This document shows positions 36,594-49,473 of a DNA stretch of 64,000 nucleotides, piece by piece (the stretch's first letter is position 1; each line of letters begins with the position of its first letter). Position numbers and translations under genes: made by a program. The notes under the pieces are model-generated. The model saw nothing but the letters and a program-made list of their open reading frames with translations. It searched no databases and was not told the DNA's origin. Source of the DNA: Malacoraja senta (lineage: Eukaryota); contig CM075988.1 of assembly GCA_038087875.1 (NCBI GenBank), forward strand, positions 620,001 to 684,000, given 5' to 3'.

Positions 36594-38333
36594 CTCTACC
36601 GTTTACCATGTACGTCCTATTTTGATTTGTCCTGCCGAGATGTAGTAACTCACATTTATCAGCATTAAACTCCATCTGCCATCTTTCAGCCCACTCTTCC
36701 AAATGGCCTAAATCTCTCTGTAGACTTTGAAAATCTACTTCATTATCCACCACACCACCTATCTTAGTATCATCTGCATACTTACTAATCCAATTTTCCA
36801 CACCATCATCCAGATCATTGATGTACATGACAAACAACAGTGGACCCAACACAGACCCCTGAGGCACCCCACTAGTCACCGGCCTCCAACCTGACAAACA
36901 GCCATCCACCATTACTCTCTGGCATCTCCCATTCAGCCACTGTTGAATCCATCTTGCTACTCACCATTAATACCCAACAATTTAATCTTCTTAACCAACC
37001 TTCCATGAGGAACCTTGTCAAAGGCCTTACTTGGTATGAGATTATAACACCTCTAATATATGCTTTAAAAGATTCCCATAGTAAAGTAGGCGATATATCT
37101 GGAGTGTCATTTATTTCAAAAAAGACATCCATTTGTTTTTTTAGATATATACTCCCTTGCGGGTCTTTTAGGATTTGAGGATTGAACCTCCAAAACGATT
37201 TGTTCTTAGACATTCCTTCCAGTTTTAAAAAGAAAGTTAGCGGTGAATGGTCTGAAATCGAGTTGGTATGGTATATTGGGTTCACAGTGTAAGGGATTAA
37301 TTTTGTATCCACCAGGAAATAATCTATAGGTGAGTATGTTTTGTGTACCATAGAATAAAACGAGTATTCCCTGCCAGTCAGATTAGCAATTCTCCAAACA
37401 TCTGTTATATTGGTATTATTTATGTAAGTATTTAAGAGTTCACTAGTTTTAGATTTCGTATTACCTCTCTGTTTCTGGCTAGATTTATCTAAATACGGAT
37501 CTAAAACACAGTTAAAGTCTCCTCCTATTATAACATTTTGGTAATTAGATTCTGCGATTATGTTCAGGATTTTATTGAAAAAATGAGTATTATCAAAGTT
37601 AGGCGCGTATATATTTACCAAGGTAATTGGGGTAGCGTGAATCTCTCTGGTAACTATCAAATATCTCCCTTCCTTATCTGTTATGGTATGCTTTGCTTTG
37701 AATGGTATACCTTTTCGAATAATGATTGACGTACCTCTAGATTTCAAAGTGTATGAAGAATGATATATTTGACCTATCCAATTCGCCCTCAATCTAGTCT
37801 GATCCTGGGATTTGAGATGGGTTTCTTGTAGAAAAATTATGTCCGTATTGTACAATTTCAGCTGAGCTAATATCTTATCCCTTTTAATAGGTTCATTAAC
37901 ACCTCTAATATTCCAACTGCAGAATGTGACTCCTCCTAGGTTCTTTTGTTTAACGTCTGGCATTTTGAATAGTTATAATACCTTTAAATCTTACGGTGCA
38001 TCCATACCTCATGTCTTTAGGTATTGGGGGAACCTTTGCGTTACTAAGTTCTGTTGGCATTTCCCTTTTACGCTTATCGCTAAAGAAAAAACACAAACAA
38101 GTGACTTGATGTGATAGTAAAAAAAAAAAACTGAAAAAGTGAAAATACAGTGTCTAAAATTGTCGACACTGTAACAAGTGGCCCACCTGTAGGTAGGAGA
38201 AAACCTTATATCGACTTCCATTGTCGATGTTAAACAATTAGCTCTGCTCCCTTGATTACTCATAACATAATGGGACGGGATCTCACAATCAGATATATAA
38301 TACAAATTTACCCTATATATTTCGTTATAACAT

Positions 38334-38338
<5 letters not shown>

Positions 38339-38369
<31 letters not shown>
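38339..38369. repeat. (AT)n microsatellite in the L1 inter-ORF region
   Basis: AT dinucleotide run. Confidence 0.9.
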
Positions 38370-38370
<1 letters not shown>

Positions 38371-39291
38371 CAATTTTATCTACTAATTGTTAAACAAATG
38401 ATTTTACCTTCAATAATAATCAACTGTTGGTTGAAGGGGTTAACGTGAAACGTGCTCCTGGATCTAAGCCAGGTGCTCGTTTCTCCTCCCCTCCCCCCAA
38501 GTATAGATAAGGCTTAGATTTAGTGAGAATTTGTGTTAGTTTATAAATTTGTTTTTTCTTGTTAGCGTCCGTTACTATTTCTATATTAATATTGTTAAAT
38601 TATTAATAGGATTAATTCTTACAATTTAAATTAGTATTTTAATCTCTTAAACAATTAAAGCTTCTGGTATCATCCACTCTCTTCGGCTCGACGATCCTCT
38701 GTTATCCGCTATTTGCTTCGTTTGGAACACAGAATGTCCTTGAGTTAAAATTCCACAGATAAGGAGTCTAGACATCTGCAGCTAGAAGCTTTCTTCAAAT
38801 AAGGTTTTTTTAAACATTAAAAGAACTGTCTCTTCGCTTTTGATCTGCCATTAACTGTGGAATAATAACAGAAAGGTTTGTCCATACCATCCATATATTT
38901 CCGCTACTTTTCCACGATGCTCTGGGCATATTTGTACGCATCCTCCGGGTTTACAAATGATCTCTCATGTCCTTTATAATAATACGCATCTTAGCCGGGT
39001 AGAAGACACCGTATCTAACATCTTGAATTCCCTTAAGAATGTCTTTTGCCTTTGTGAACTGATTTCTCTTCTGCACAATTTCATGCGGATAGTCCCTGAA
39101 TATTTTGATAGAGTCGTTATCAAGCCTCAGTTGCATTCCATATGTGATTTTACTCATCACCTCTTCAAGTGCTGATATGTCCCGAAATTTCACAATAATC
39201 TGTCGTGGGCGGTCTGGTCTTGTTTGTGATCTTGGTTTAAATCTCGGTACTCGATGTGCCACTTCAATTTTCGGTTCCATGGGGAGATTAA

Positions 39292-40767
39292 AACGGCAAT
39301 AGAAACGGCAATAGTGCCGGAAGATTGGCGTACTGCGCATGTTGTTCCATTGTTTAAAAAGGGGTCTAAGAGTAAACCTAGCAATTATAGACCTGTTAGT
39401 TTGACGTCAGTGGTGGGCAAATTAATGGAAAGGATACTTAGAGATAATATATATACGTATCTGGATAAACAGGGTCTGATTAGGAACAGTCAACACGGAT
39501 TTGTGCCTGGAAGGTCATGTTTGACTAATCTTCTTGAAGTTTTTGAAGAGGTTACTCGGGAAAATGATGAGGGTAAAGCCGTGGATGTTGTATATATGGA
39601 CTTCAGTAAGGCCTTTGACAAGGTTCCTCACGGAAGGTTGGTTAAGAAGGTTCAATGGTTGGGTATTAATGGTGGAGTAGCAAGATGGATTCAACAGTGG
39701 CTGAATGGGAGATGCCAGAGAGTAATAGTGGATGGTTGTTTGTCAGGTTGGAGGCCAGTGACTAGTGGGGTGCCACAGGGATCTGTGTTGGGTCCACTGT
39801 TGTTTGTCATGTACATCAATGATCTGGATGATGGTGTGGTAAATTGTATTAGTAAGTATGCAGATAATACTAAGATAGGTGGGGCTGTGGATAATGAAGT
39901 AGATTTTCAAAGTCTACAGAGAGATTTATGCCGGTTGAAAGATGGCAGATGGAGTTTAATGCTGATAAGTGTGAGGTGCTACATCTTGGCAGGACAAATC
40001 AAAATAGGACATACATGGTAAATGGTAGGGAATTGAAGAATGCAGGTGAACAGAGGGATCTTGGAATAACTGTGCACAGTTCCCTGAAAGTGGAATCTCA
40101 TGTAGATAGGGTGGTAAAGAAAGCTTTTGGTGTACTGGCTTTTATAAATCAGAGCATTGAGTATAGAAGTTGGGATGTAATGTTAAAATTGTACAAGGCA
40201 TTGGTGAGGCCAATTCTGGAGTATGGTGTACAATTTTGGTCGCCTAATTATAGGAAGGATGTCAACAAAATAGAGAGAGTACAGAGGAGGTTTACTAGAA
40301 TGTTGCCTGGGTTTCAGCAACTAAGTTACAGAGAAAGGTTGAACAAGTTAGGTCTTTATTCTTTGGAGTGCAGAAGGTTAAGGGGGGACTTGATAGAGGT
40401 CTTTAAAATGATGAGAGGGATAGACAGAGTTGACGTGGATAAGCTTTTCCCACTGAGAGTAGGGAAGATTCAAACAAGGGGACATGACTTGAGAATTAAG
40501 GGACAGAAGTTTAGGGGTAACATGAGGGGAAACTTCTTTACTCAGAGAGTGGTGGCTGTGTGGAATGAGCTTCCAGTGAAGGTGGTGGAGGCAGGTTTGT
40601 TTTTATCATTTAAAAATAAATTGGATAGTTATATGGACGGGAAAGGAATGGAGGGTTATGGTCTGAGCACAGGTATATGGGACTAGGGGAGAATACGTGT
40701 TCGGCATGGACTAGAAGGGTCGAGATGGCCTGTTTCTGTGCTGTAATTGTTATATGGTTGTATGGTT
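39292..40767 (+). mobile_element. 5'-truncated CR1 inserted in L1 ORF1
   Basis: RT ORFs 39254-40021 and 39928-40686; TSD ATTAA (39287-39291, 40768-40772). Confidence 0.93.
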
Positions 40768-42109
40768 ATTAAGCAGTTGTTTGAATAAGCCCATAGCAAA
40801 CTCACGAATGTCCCTTCCCTCAGCTCCCTATGAGACTCCAAGAATTCTTAAATTCTGGTGTCTTGAACGAGCTTCCAGGTCCAGGCATTTGTCTGAAACT
40901 TTCCCCAGATGAGTCGCCATCTGTCCTGTAGTCTGCTCATGTTCTTGCCTCATTCTCTCCATATCTTCAGCCATTCGAGCCATATTTCTCTCCATTTCCA
41001 TGATTGTAGACATACTTGCAGCCACTGTTTCAAGCAAAGCTGTGAACCTGTCCGTGGTAGCTTCTTCCACCTTATCAATTCTCCCCAATAATTCTCCTTT
41101 CACAGAAACACATTTTAACATGAACATCCACCACAGTGACTCCTACACATTCCTCACTGTGATGAAAGTCAAAATAAAGTTCAAATCCTTCCTTATGTTC
41201 TTCCTCGGTAGGCGGCCTCGAGTCCTCCGTTGACGGGATGGTCTGAACTCCAGTAGCAGGTGGCGTTCGGGCCCTCCGCATCGAGGCGTTCAGCTCCTGC
41301 ATCAGGGGAATGTCAGCCCCCCCACGCCATGCGATCGAACCTTCTGCGGCATTGGAGCTCCCGACTAGTCTCTCCCGAGACTGCAAGCCCTTCATGGTAA
41401 GTCCACGGTAGTCACGGTGGTCGCGATCCCAGGCAAGAAATCCGCTCCGATGTTAAGTCCACGCCCCGCGGTGGGGGTCACAACAGTCCGAGGCGACTTC
41501 CAGCTCCAGCGATGGTAGGCTGCAGAGCCTGGAGAATGTAATCCGAAAATTGATCACATCTCTGGGAAGGTAAGAGCTTGATAAAAAGTTTCCCCCGATC
41601 CCCTCTCCCCTCCCCCCCACATAAAACAAACTGAAGAACATTAAAAACAACTTTTAACGAGCTAATAAATAACAAATAAAAAGAAAAAACAAAGACTGCC
41701 GGCAGGGCTGCCATCTCCCCTGGTGATCTTAATCATTAACACTGTCCTATACCCACTAGGGACAATATTTACGTTTACCAAGCCTATTAACCTACAAACC
41801 TGTACGTCTTTGGAGTGTGGGAGGAAACCGAAGATCTCGGAGAAAACCCACGCGGTGACGGGGAGAGCGTACAAACTCCGTACGTAGTCGAGATCGAACC
41901 CAGGTCTCTGGCGCTGCATCCGCTGGAAGGCAGCAACTCTACCGCCTTCACCCTCCCCCCCCTTCTCTTTGCACTGTTGTCGGTATCCGATCACTTTTCA
42001 TTGCTTGTTGAGCAATTTGGTTTTGTGTTGAGAACATGAGATATAATTTAATTCCCGTTTCGTCACAAATTTCTTTGTCTCTGCAGCAAACTGTCAGATC
42101 GCAGATTCA

Positions 42110-42232
42110 GACTGAAGTCTGAAGAACGTCACCCACTTCTTCTCTCCAGAGATGCTGCCTGTCCCGCTGAGTTACTGCATTTTGTGTCTACCTTCGCTTT
42201 AAACCAGCATCTGCTGTTCTTTCCTACACATT
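42110..42232 (+). mobile_element. Short dispersed repeat, probably a Penelope-associated terminus; related copy at 34104-34195
   Basis: Shared CTCCA.AGATGCTGC...CCCGCTGAGTT motif. Confidence 0.5.
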
Positions 42233-42403
42233 TGGTCCACCAAATGCACTTGTTTTCGAGCAATGCCTGGCTCTGTAGAGGAATGACACCTCTGTGTCTA
42301 CACAACACCACCCTCCCTTCTTTTTCCTAACTCTAAACTCGCGTTGCAGAACTTCCTTCCTCTTCTTCCCAATGTTGTTTGTGCCAATGTGCAAATCTAT
42401 TAG

Positions 42404-42758
42404 GACATGCTAGATACAGGAAACATGTTCCCGATGTTGGGACAGTCCAGAACCAGGGGCCACAGTTTAAGAATAAAGGGCAGGACATTTAGAACTGAGA
42501 TGAGGAAACACTTTTTCACACAGAGAGTTGTGAATTTGTAGAATTCTCTGCCTCAGAAGGCAGTGGGGGCCGATTCACTGGATGCATTCAAAAGAGAGTT
42601 AGATAGAGCTCTTAGGGCTAGCCCAATGAAGGGGTATAGGGAGAAGGCAAGAACGAGGTACTGATTGTGGATGATCAGCCATGATCACATTGGATGGCAA
42701 TGCTGGTCCGAAGGGCCCAATGGCCTACTCCTGACCTATTGTCTATGTATTTATGTAT
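42404..42758 (+). mobile_element. CR1 3' fragment
   Basis: ESRTRGHSL-like coding remnant and CR1 tail. Confidence 0.85.
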
Positions 42759-43864
42759 TACAAAGGGAGACCAGAATAGACCTGGTCAGCAGACACTTCT
42801 AGCAGCATGAAATGCAGAGATGGGAGATCCTCAACACCCCTTCAAAGGGAGAGGAAAAAGTATTGAGGCATCATTGACGCACTTGCCAAACTGACGAAGC
42901 CAAGTATAGGTTTAAACCATTTATCGATTTTGACCAACACCAAAACACTACAGCAGATGGAATGGAAGGGGCATGATCAATAAATTGTAATGTAACTTTA
43001 TACAAGGGCCTTGAATATTAAACTCAACTTTCCCTACAATTGGCGCCAATAAGAATGACTTTAACCAGGGAATATAAGCAGGTGCAACCCTAAATTATAA
43101 GTAAGAACTTTGACAGGAAAATAAAATAAACAATTCTAACACCATCCTGCACTAAACGTGACTCTATGGTTCTAAACCTAGAATTAATCCTTGTTAGGAT
43201 GAAGGATATGACAATGAAAAATTGTGGAGCCCAATGAAGGCAAGTGGACAAGGAGGTAATGATGAGGTGGGCCAGATCAAAGTGGCAGTCTCTCGTGAGA
43301 CTGAATCTCCACCAGTGGGAACAGTGATGACCAGGGATAGTCATCTCACTGCCCGCACACTGACAACCTAACCCCAGTGCCTGGTCACTGTGAGGGGAGC
43401 TTCTGTGGCCTCTTGGTGACTGGCGTGAAATGAAACTGATGAGGTGACAGCTACACTCAGAGCCTCTGGCATCCAATGACACAGCAGGAAATGGCCTAAC
43501 TGATTAAAGGCAAGAACAGCATTATTGGAGTCACACAGAGACACCGACACCCATTGCACACCAACCCTCAGGTACAAAATTCACACAGCAGTGCAGTGAG
43601 GAAAGGTCCTGATGCAGGTTCTTCATTCTGACTCAGCATCCTATCTTTTGTTTCAGATTCCAGAGTCCGCAGTCTCTTTAGTCTTCATCTCTCTCACTGA
43701 GCTGTCCTTTTCTTGGTACGTGTCTACTTTATTTTTAGTTGAATTGTTCATTAGTTGTGCTTTCTAACTATTTGCTGATGGCCAATCAAGTGTTGTCTGA
43801 AGGCCAGGGTTTTGTTTAGTTTAGTTTATTGTCAGGTGTACCGAGGTACAGTGAAAAGCCTTTG

Positions 43865-44185
43865 TTTAGTTTAATATAGTTTAGTTTAGAGATACAGCGT
43901 GGCAGCAGGACCTTCGGCCCACCGAGTCCACGCCGACCAGCAATCCCTGCACACAAACACAATCCTACACACACACTGGGAACAATTTACAATTGTACCA
44001 AGCCAATTAGCCTACAAACGTGTACGTCTTTGGAATGTGGGAGGAAACTGGAGATCCCAGAGAAAACCCATGTAGGTCATGTGGAGAACATAAAACTCTA
44101 TACAGACAGCACCCATAGTCATGATCGAACATGGTTCTCTGGTGCTGTAAGGCAGCAACTCTACCACTATGCCACCATGCCACCC
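43865..44185 (-). mobile_element. tRNA-derived SINE (V-SINE/HE1-like)
   Basis: Head GGTGGCATAGTGGTAGAG, B-box GTTCGATC, (CTAAA)n tail on the minus strand. Confidence 0.85.
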
Positions 44186-44892
44186 GATAAGCATTTGTTG
44201 TGTGATAACCAATCAGCAGAAAGTCAATACATGATTACAATCAAGCCATCCACAATGTACAAATACATGATAAAGTGAATAACGTTTAGTGCAAGATAAA
44301 GTCCAGCAAAGTCTGGGACGAGATTTGATATGAGGAACAGGTCCCAGAGGTTGCAGCTTTTGTCCCATTCCCCAGATATATCCAACCATGGACCACCAAG
44401 GTCCAAGCTGCAACACCCTGACTAATGTTGAAAAAAAAATTTGTCTCCAGTTGATTTAGTCTTCATCACCTCTCCATTGAAGTTTTGATATTCCACGTCT
44501 CTACCTTGTTCTTTCTGCTCCATAGAATCCCAGGAATTGGATGTTGAGATACAGCATTAAGTGTTTCCACTGCTGGTGAGTAGCAGCCCTGCCAAGTTGA
44601 CTTGTTGAATTAATATGGACTGAAGAGCATGGATCTGTGGGATATCCGCACTGGTCCCAGCGGAAGCTGATGGAACCAGTGAACCGTTGGTGGGACCGGA
44701 AGCAGGGAAGGAAGTGCAGCGGGTGTTAGAGAGGCTACGGGGGAAGCCAAGGGCACGGTACCAGTCGTGGGATTGGGCAGGAACCTGGCCTCCATCAGGA
44801 ACTCGTTCTGCAATGGCAGCAACATCTAGTGAGAAAAAATGAAAACATTTAGTTGAATATCTCACAGTCATTGGAAATACAATACAATACAA

Positions 44893-45996
44893 TCTCTATA
44901 TTACTAAAACTCTCATCTAGTTTGTTTGCCCAGTTTGTATTTGCGAAAAAACAGTACACGATAGCGCTACAATTTTTGGCCCACCGTACTTACCATTGTC
45001 CTGTGATGTAAATTAAACAAGTTTCGTTCAGATTGATGGTATATTTTATGTTATTGATGTTTAAAATCATTTTTAAAAAATAACACAGTGCCCACACTAG
45101 CCCCTCGCCCACTAGCCCCATCCCAACCTGCTGTCTTTACTTGACAGTCGTCACAAAGGACACCCCAAGGACACCCCAGCCTTTGCACAATTTCAGACCG
45201 TCATCTTTTTTTCCCATCACAACAGCGACCCAACGGCTCCACGGGTAAGTTTCCTTCTATTTTAATTTCTGCCCCCCCCTCCCCCCTCCCCCCTCCCCCC
45301 GGCCCTGGGCTGGGATTGGAGCCGGTGCGGGGACCGGTGGCAGGGTGAGGCCGTGCCGGATACCCTCGGCCTCTCCCTCCCCCTCCCACAGCTCCAGGAC
45401 GATCGACCACCCCCCCAACAGCCCGCACCTCAAGCCCTCCCCCTCCCCCGACTCCAGCATGCTCACCCCCGGCCCCCCCCCCGCCAGCCCCCGCCTCAAG
45501 TACAACTTCATCGCCGTCCTGCTGGAGAAAACGGGGCCGGCGGTGGTTTTCATCGAGTTCCTGAGGAGGTGAGGCGGGAGACTGGGGGAGAGGAGGGAGT
45601 AGGGAGGGAGAGGGAGGGGAATGTAGGGGAGGAGAGAGAGGAGAGAGAGTGGGGAGGAGGGGAGATAGAGGGAGAGGGGTAATGGAGGGAGTGACTGAGG
45701 GCAGGGGGAAGGAGAGGTAGGGAGAGGTGAGGGAGGGAGTGGGGGAGGGGAGGAGGACAGGGAAAAGAGGGAGGGTGAAGAGGAGGGGGAGGGAGTGCTG
45801 AAGGATGAGGGGGAATGGAGGAGGATAGGGATGGCGAGGCACAGTTGGGGGAGGGTTGCCGTAACTCACATCACAACGGTGATCTCTGGTGTCACAACGG
45901 GGACCTGTCAGCTGCGTCTGCACAGTTGGGGGCTATGGGTGAGTGCTGGAGTATTGCATTGGGGGAACGGGACACAACGGGTCTCCCTTGGTCTAG
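44893..45996 (+). mobile_element. Non-autonomous Helitron H2 carrying captured host sequence
   Basis: A|TCTCTATATTACTAAAACTCT...GGGACACAACGGGTCTC..GTCTAG|T. Inserted between A and T with no TSD; the flanks rejoin as AATACAA|TAATACTTTATT. Confidence 0.88.
45474..45568 (+). pseudogene. Orphan HtrA-family (HTRA2-like) exon fragment inside Helitron H2
   Basis: [31 protein letters not shown](R) followed by AG|GTGAGG. No other HtrA exons were seen in the window. Confidence 0.8.
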
Positions 45997-46823
45997 TAAT
46001 ACTTTATTAGCCAAGTATGTTTTGCAACATGAGGAATTACATTTTCCAAGTCAGTCATACAATTAAAAAGCCTCGGAACACACAAAATTCATTTTAACAT
46101 GTTAAACAATAAACCTGTTATCCACTTGCAGACCCTGTCAGATGTAGGTTTGGCCCCAGTGGGCCAACTGACCTATCCTGGACATAATCTTCATAAAATA
46201 CAGTCAGTTCTTAGAGAATAAGCAGTGGGTGAAACCTGGTTGAACCTACTTTGATTCAATTTCGCCCCAAAGTAGTCCTTACAAGTTATGCTAAATCTCC
46301 CAATAAAGTTTTTCACACTTATTCTCAACCTGATAATGTCTCAACCTATGAGTATGAATCGGTCCATCAGCAATTACACTACCATCTGTGGTGGTCATCT
46401 GGGGTGGCCATTTGTCACCTTGGGGAGCAACTCTCAGGCTAAACTGAATACCCATCAAGCGAGCCTTCACTCCAAGGTCAGGAGAAATCTCACTCCATAA
46501 CATATTCGACACATCGTGTACCTTCGCAAAGGAGCTTTAACGATAACCTTGGGTTAGAAAGCAATCAATTTCACATCTCAACAGCTGTATAATACAATGT
46601 GCTTTTTGTTCCATTCGAGTCGGAGAGATCACCATGTACTTGAGCAATGGACTCAATATGTAAAAGAATGACTGAACTAAGAGGAAGGCACTGAGGCTGC
46701 TGTCCTTAAATCAGTTGCTAATGGATGATCACAATATCTCTTTGTAGTTCCCGCCTTTACTTTATTTGTCAGAGATACCTTATATACCAGGTGCCCACCT
46801 TACAAGTACTCCTGCAACCCTTG

Positions 46824-47034
46824 CATAGAAACATAGAAAATAGGTGCAGGAGGAGGCCATTCGGCCCCACGAACTATTCATTGAGATCATGGCTGATCGT
46901 CCCCAATCAATAACCTGTGCCTGCCTTCTCCCCAAATCCCTTGGTTCCACTAGCCCCAAGAGCTCTATCTAACTCCTTCTTAAATCCATCCAGTGACTTG
47001 GCCTCCACTGCCCTCTGTGGCAGGGAATTCCACA
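46824..47034 (-). mobile_element. CR1 3' fragment
   Basis: Reverse complement of the CR1 3' end, as at 14311-14530. Confidence 0.85.
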
Positions 47035-49473
47035 TGGTCCCAGATGCCTACACTTGCCAAGTCTCCTTTTTCTTGACCAGGTCTTCAACATTCATCAGAT
47101 TTGAATTTGTGGGACATTGGCACCAGTATTGGGGAAGGAGGGAACTGTTCCGATGGGACAGACTCCACTTGAACCCGGCTGGAACCAGACTCCTGGCAAA
47201 CCGTATAACCAGGTCTGCAGATAGAGCTTTAAACTAAATAGTGGGGGGTGGATCAACAAATTTGAAGTGTAAGGGTGGAGTTAAAGGGAAAGAGAGTGCA
47301 GGAAAAGTTATGCAAGTCTCCTGAATTAACGGGATGGAAAGTTTAAGAAGGGATAGAGAGGGCCGTCCAGGGTGAGCTAAAATCGGGACTAGTGTGAGAG
47401 GGGAGAATACAAAATTAAAGGTGTTGTATTTGAATGTTCGCAGTATTAGAAACAAAGTGGATGAGCTTGTGGCACAGTTAGAAATTGGTAGGTGTGATGT
47501 CGTGGGAATTGCAGAGACGTGGCTGCAAGAGAATCGGAGGTATGTGCTCAATAGGTTATACATCCTATCATAAAAACAGACAGGTGGGCAGAGGGGGTGG
47601 GCTAGCATTTTTAGTAAGAAATGAAATTTTGTCTTTAGCGAGGGGTGACATAGGATCAGAAGATGTAGAGTCATTGTGGATAGAGCTGAGAAATTGTAAG
47701 GGTAAAAATACTCTAATGGGAGTTATTTACAGGCCCCCAAACAGTAGCCAGGATATAGGATACAAGTTACATCAGGAGATAAAATTGGCATGTAAAAAAG
47801 GCAATGCTACCGTGGTCATGGGAGATTTCAATATGCAGGTAGTGGACCCCATGAAAGGGAATTTGTAGAGTGCCTCCGAGATGGATTTGTAGAGCAGCTT
47901 GTAAGGAATTTAAAGGAACCTCTAGGAGGTAGCGACCACAATATGATGTTTTAGTCTACTATTTGAGAGGGAGAAGGTGAAATTGGTTGTGTTGGTATTG
48001 TAGCTGAGCAAAGGGCACTACAAAGGCATGAGGGAGGAGCTGGCCAAAGTCGACTGGAAAAGGACCCTAGCAGGGATGACGGTGGAACAGCAATGGTTCG
48101 AAATGTGGGAATAATTCAGAAGATGCAGGATCTTTTCATTCAAAAGAGTACTGATTGGTTCTAGCCTGAGTGGGAGGAGAGTTATAAGTGAGTCAGAGGG
48201 GGAAAACAGTTTAAAACTGAGGAATTTGGTTTGTAAATTGGTAAATGAGGCAATTTATCAGTCAATATAAGCAGGACGGCTCTTAGGGAGCGGCAGTGAG
48301 GGAAGTGCCCTGTGAGAAAAGTGCGAGTCTTTGGCTCGAGAGTCTTTGGCGAGGAGGCTGAGGGAGGACGCTACACCAAACGCTGGAGAGGGAGAGACGA
48401 AAGAAGGAGATGTCAAGCAAACTGATTCCGTGTGATGCTTGCAGTATGTGGGAGGTCAAGGACACTGCTGGTGCCTCTGGCTGCTACAAATGTGAGAAGT
48501 GCATCCAGGTACAGCTCCTGAAGGACCGTGTTGGGGAACTGGAGAAGCAAGTGGATGACCTCAGGTTCGTCTGAGAAACTGAGTCGTTACTCGACAAGTC
48601 CTACAGTAAGGTTGTTACACCTAAGGTACTGGAAGAGAGAAGGTGGGTGACGGTGAGAAAGGGAGGGAAGCATGGAATGCAAACGTCCCCGGGTGTTGTG
48701 CCTCTTGTGAACAGGTTCACCCACTTAGAAGCTGTCGGGACAGAAGACGTTATCACACTGAGCGGCGGACTGGCTTGCGAAGCAAAAAGGGCTGTTGAGA
48801 CAAAACCAAAGAGGCCAACGTCAGGCAACGCCAGTGTAGTTGGAGACTCCATTGTGAGAGGTATGGACAGGGGATTCTGCGGGAACAGACGGGATTCGAG
48901 GAAGGTGTGCTGCCTTCCTGGTGCCAGGATCCAGGATGTCACGGACAGAGTGCAGAAAATCCTCAAGGGCGAAGGTGAACAGCCGCAAGTGGTAGTGCAT
49001 GTCGGCACAAACGATGTCGGATGAAGGGGATGAATATTCTGCAGCGTGACTTTAGAGAGCTCGGAAAAATGCTGAAAAGCAGGACCTCCAGGGTGGATAT
49101 CTCCGGTTTGCTTCCAGTTCCTCGTGCTGGCGAGAGCAGGAACAGGGAGATACGGGACCTGAATGTGTGGCTGAGGAACTAGTGCAAGGGGCAGGGATTT
49201 AGATTCTTAGATCACTGGGATCTGTTTTGGAGTAAGGGGGAACTGTACAAAAGGGACGGATTGCATCTTAACAGATGGGGGACCAGCATTCTGGCAGGCA
49301 GGTTTGCCACTGCTACAGGGGTGGTTTTAAACTGAATAAGGGGGGTGGGGTGTGAAATGGGATAGTCGAGGACGGAGTTAAACGGAAAGAGAGTAAAGGG
49401 ATGGTTAATGACCCCAGAATTAATGGGAAAGGAAGCTCACAAAGGGATAGGAGAGTATAGCCAAGGGTAATAG

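Larger units (their letters stand above)
25738..37031 (-). mobile_element. 5'-truncated CR1 with (GTTATATG)n tail, in three pieces (25738-25921, 31159-31740, 36594-37031)
   Basis: ORFs 31154-31738 and 36589-36912 are collinear with the intact family copy 52598-53947. Confidence 0.9.
22144..41105 (-). mobile_element. L1-clade LINE (~5.8 kb without inserts), 5'-truncated in ORF1
   Basis: A-rich tail at 22144 and AAACAC duplication. ORF1 pieces at 40828-41105 and 38951-39290 (LEARSRHQNLRILGV). APE endonuclease 37032-37963 (WNIRG, LQETH, GGDFN, SDH), RT 24079-25735 (SLYADDI), C-terminal CDKC..H..C in 22903-24021. Confidence 0.93.
22036..41733 (-). mobile_element. Unclassified non-LTR retroposon 3' region, split into 22036-22143 and 41106-41733 by the L1
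   Basis: (ATTCTG)n tail with AATAAA on the minus strand. The halves rejoin at AAACAC|ATTTTAACATG; a related copy lies at 45997-46100. Confidence 0.65.
21976..41948 (-). mobile_element. SINE split into 21976-22035 and 41734-41948 by nested insertions
   Basis: The halves rejoin as GATCCCCGCACAT|TAACACT..., collinear with the intact copy at 43865-44185. Confidence 0.75.

Noticed and set aside
43198..43371. Plus-strand 57-codon open frame after an AG
   Set aside because: No recognisable similarity; within chance expectation.
8983..45568. Functional link between survivin (an IAP) and the HTRA2-like fragment (IAP antagonist family)
   Set aside because: The fragment is Helitron cargo 26 kb away and lacks the IAP-binding motif and the protease core; coincidence is the simplest explanation.
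46520..46705. Small minus-strand exon candidates
   Set aside because: Weak acceptors and no recognisable protein similarity.
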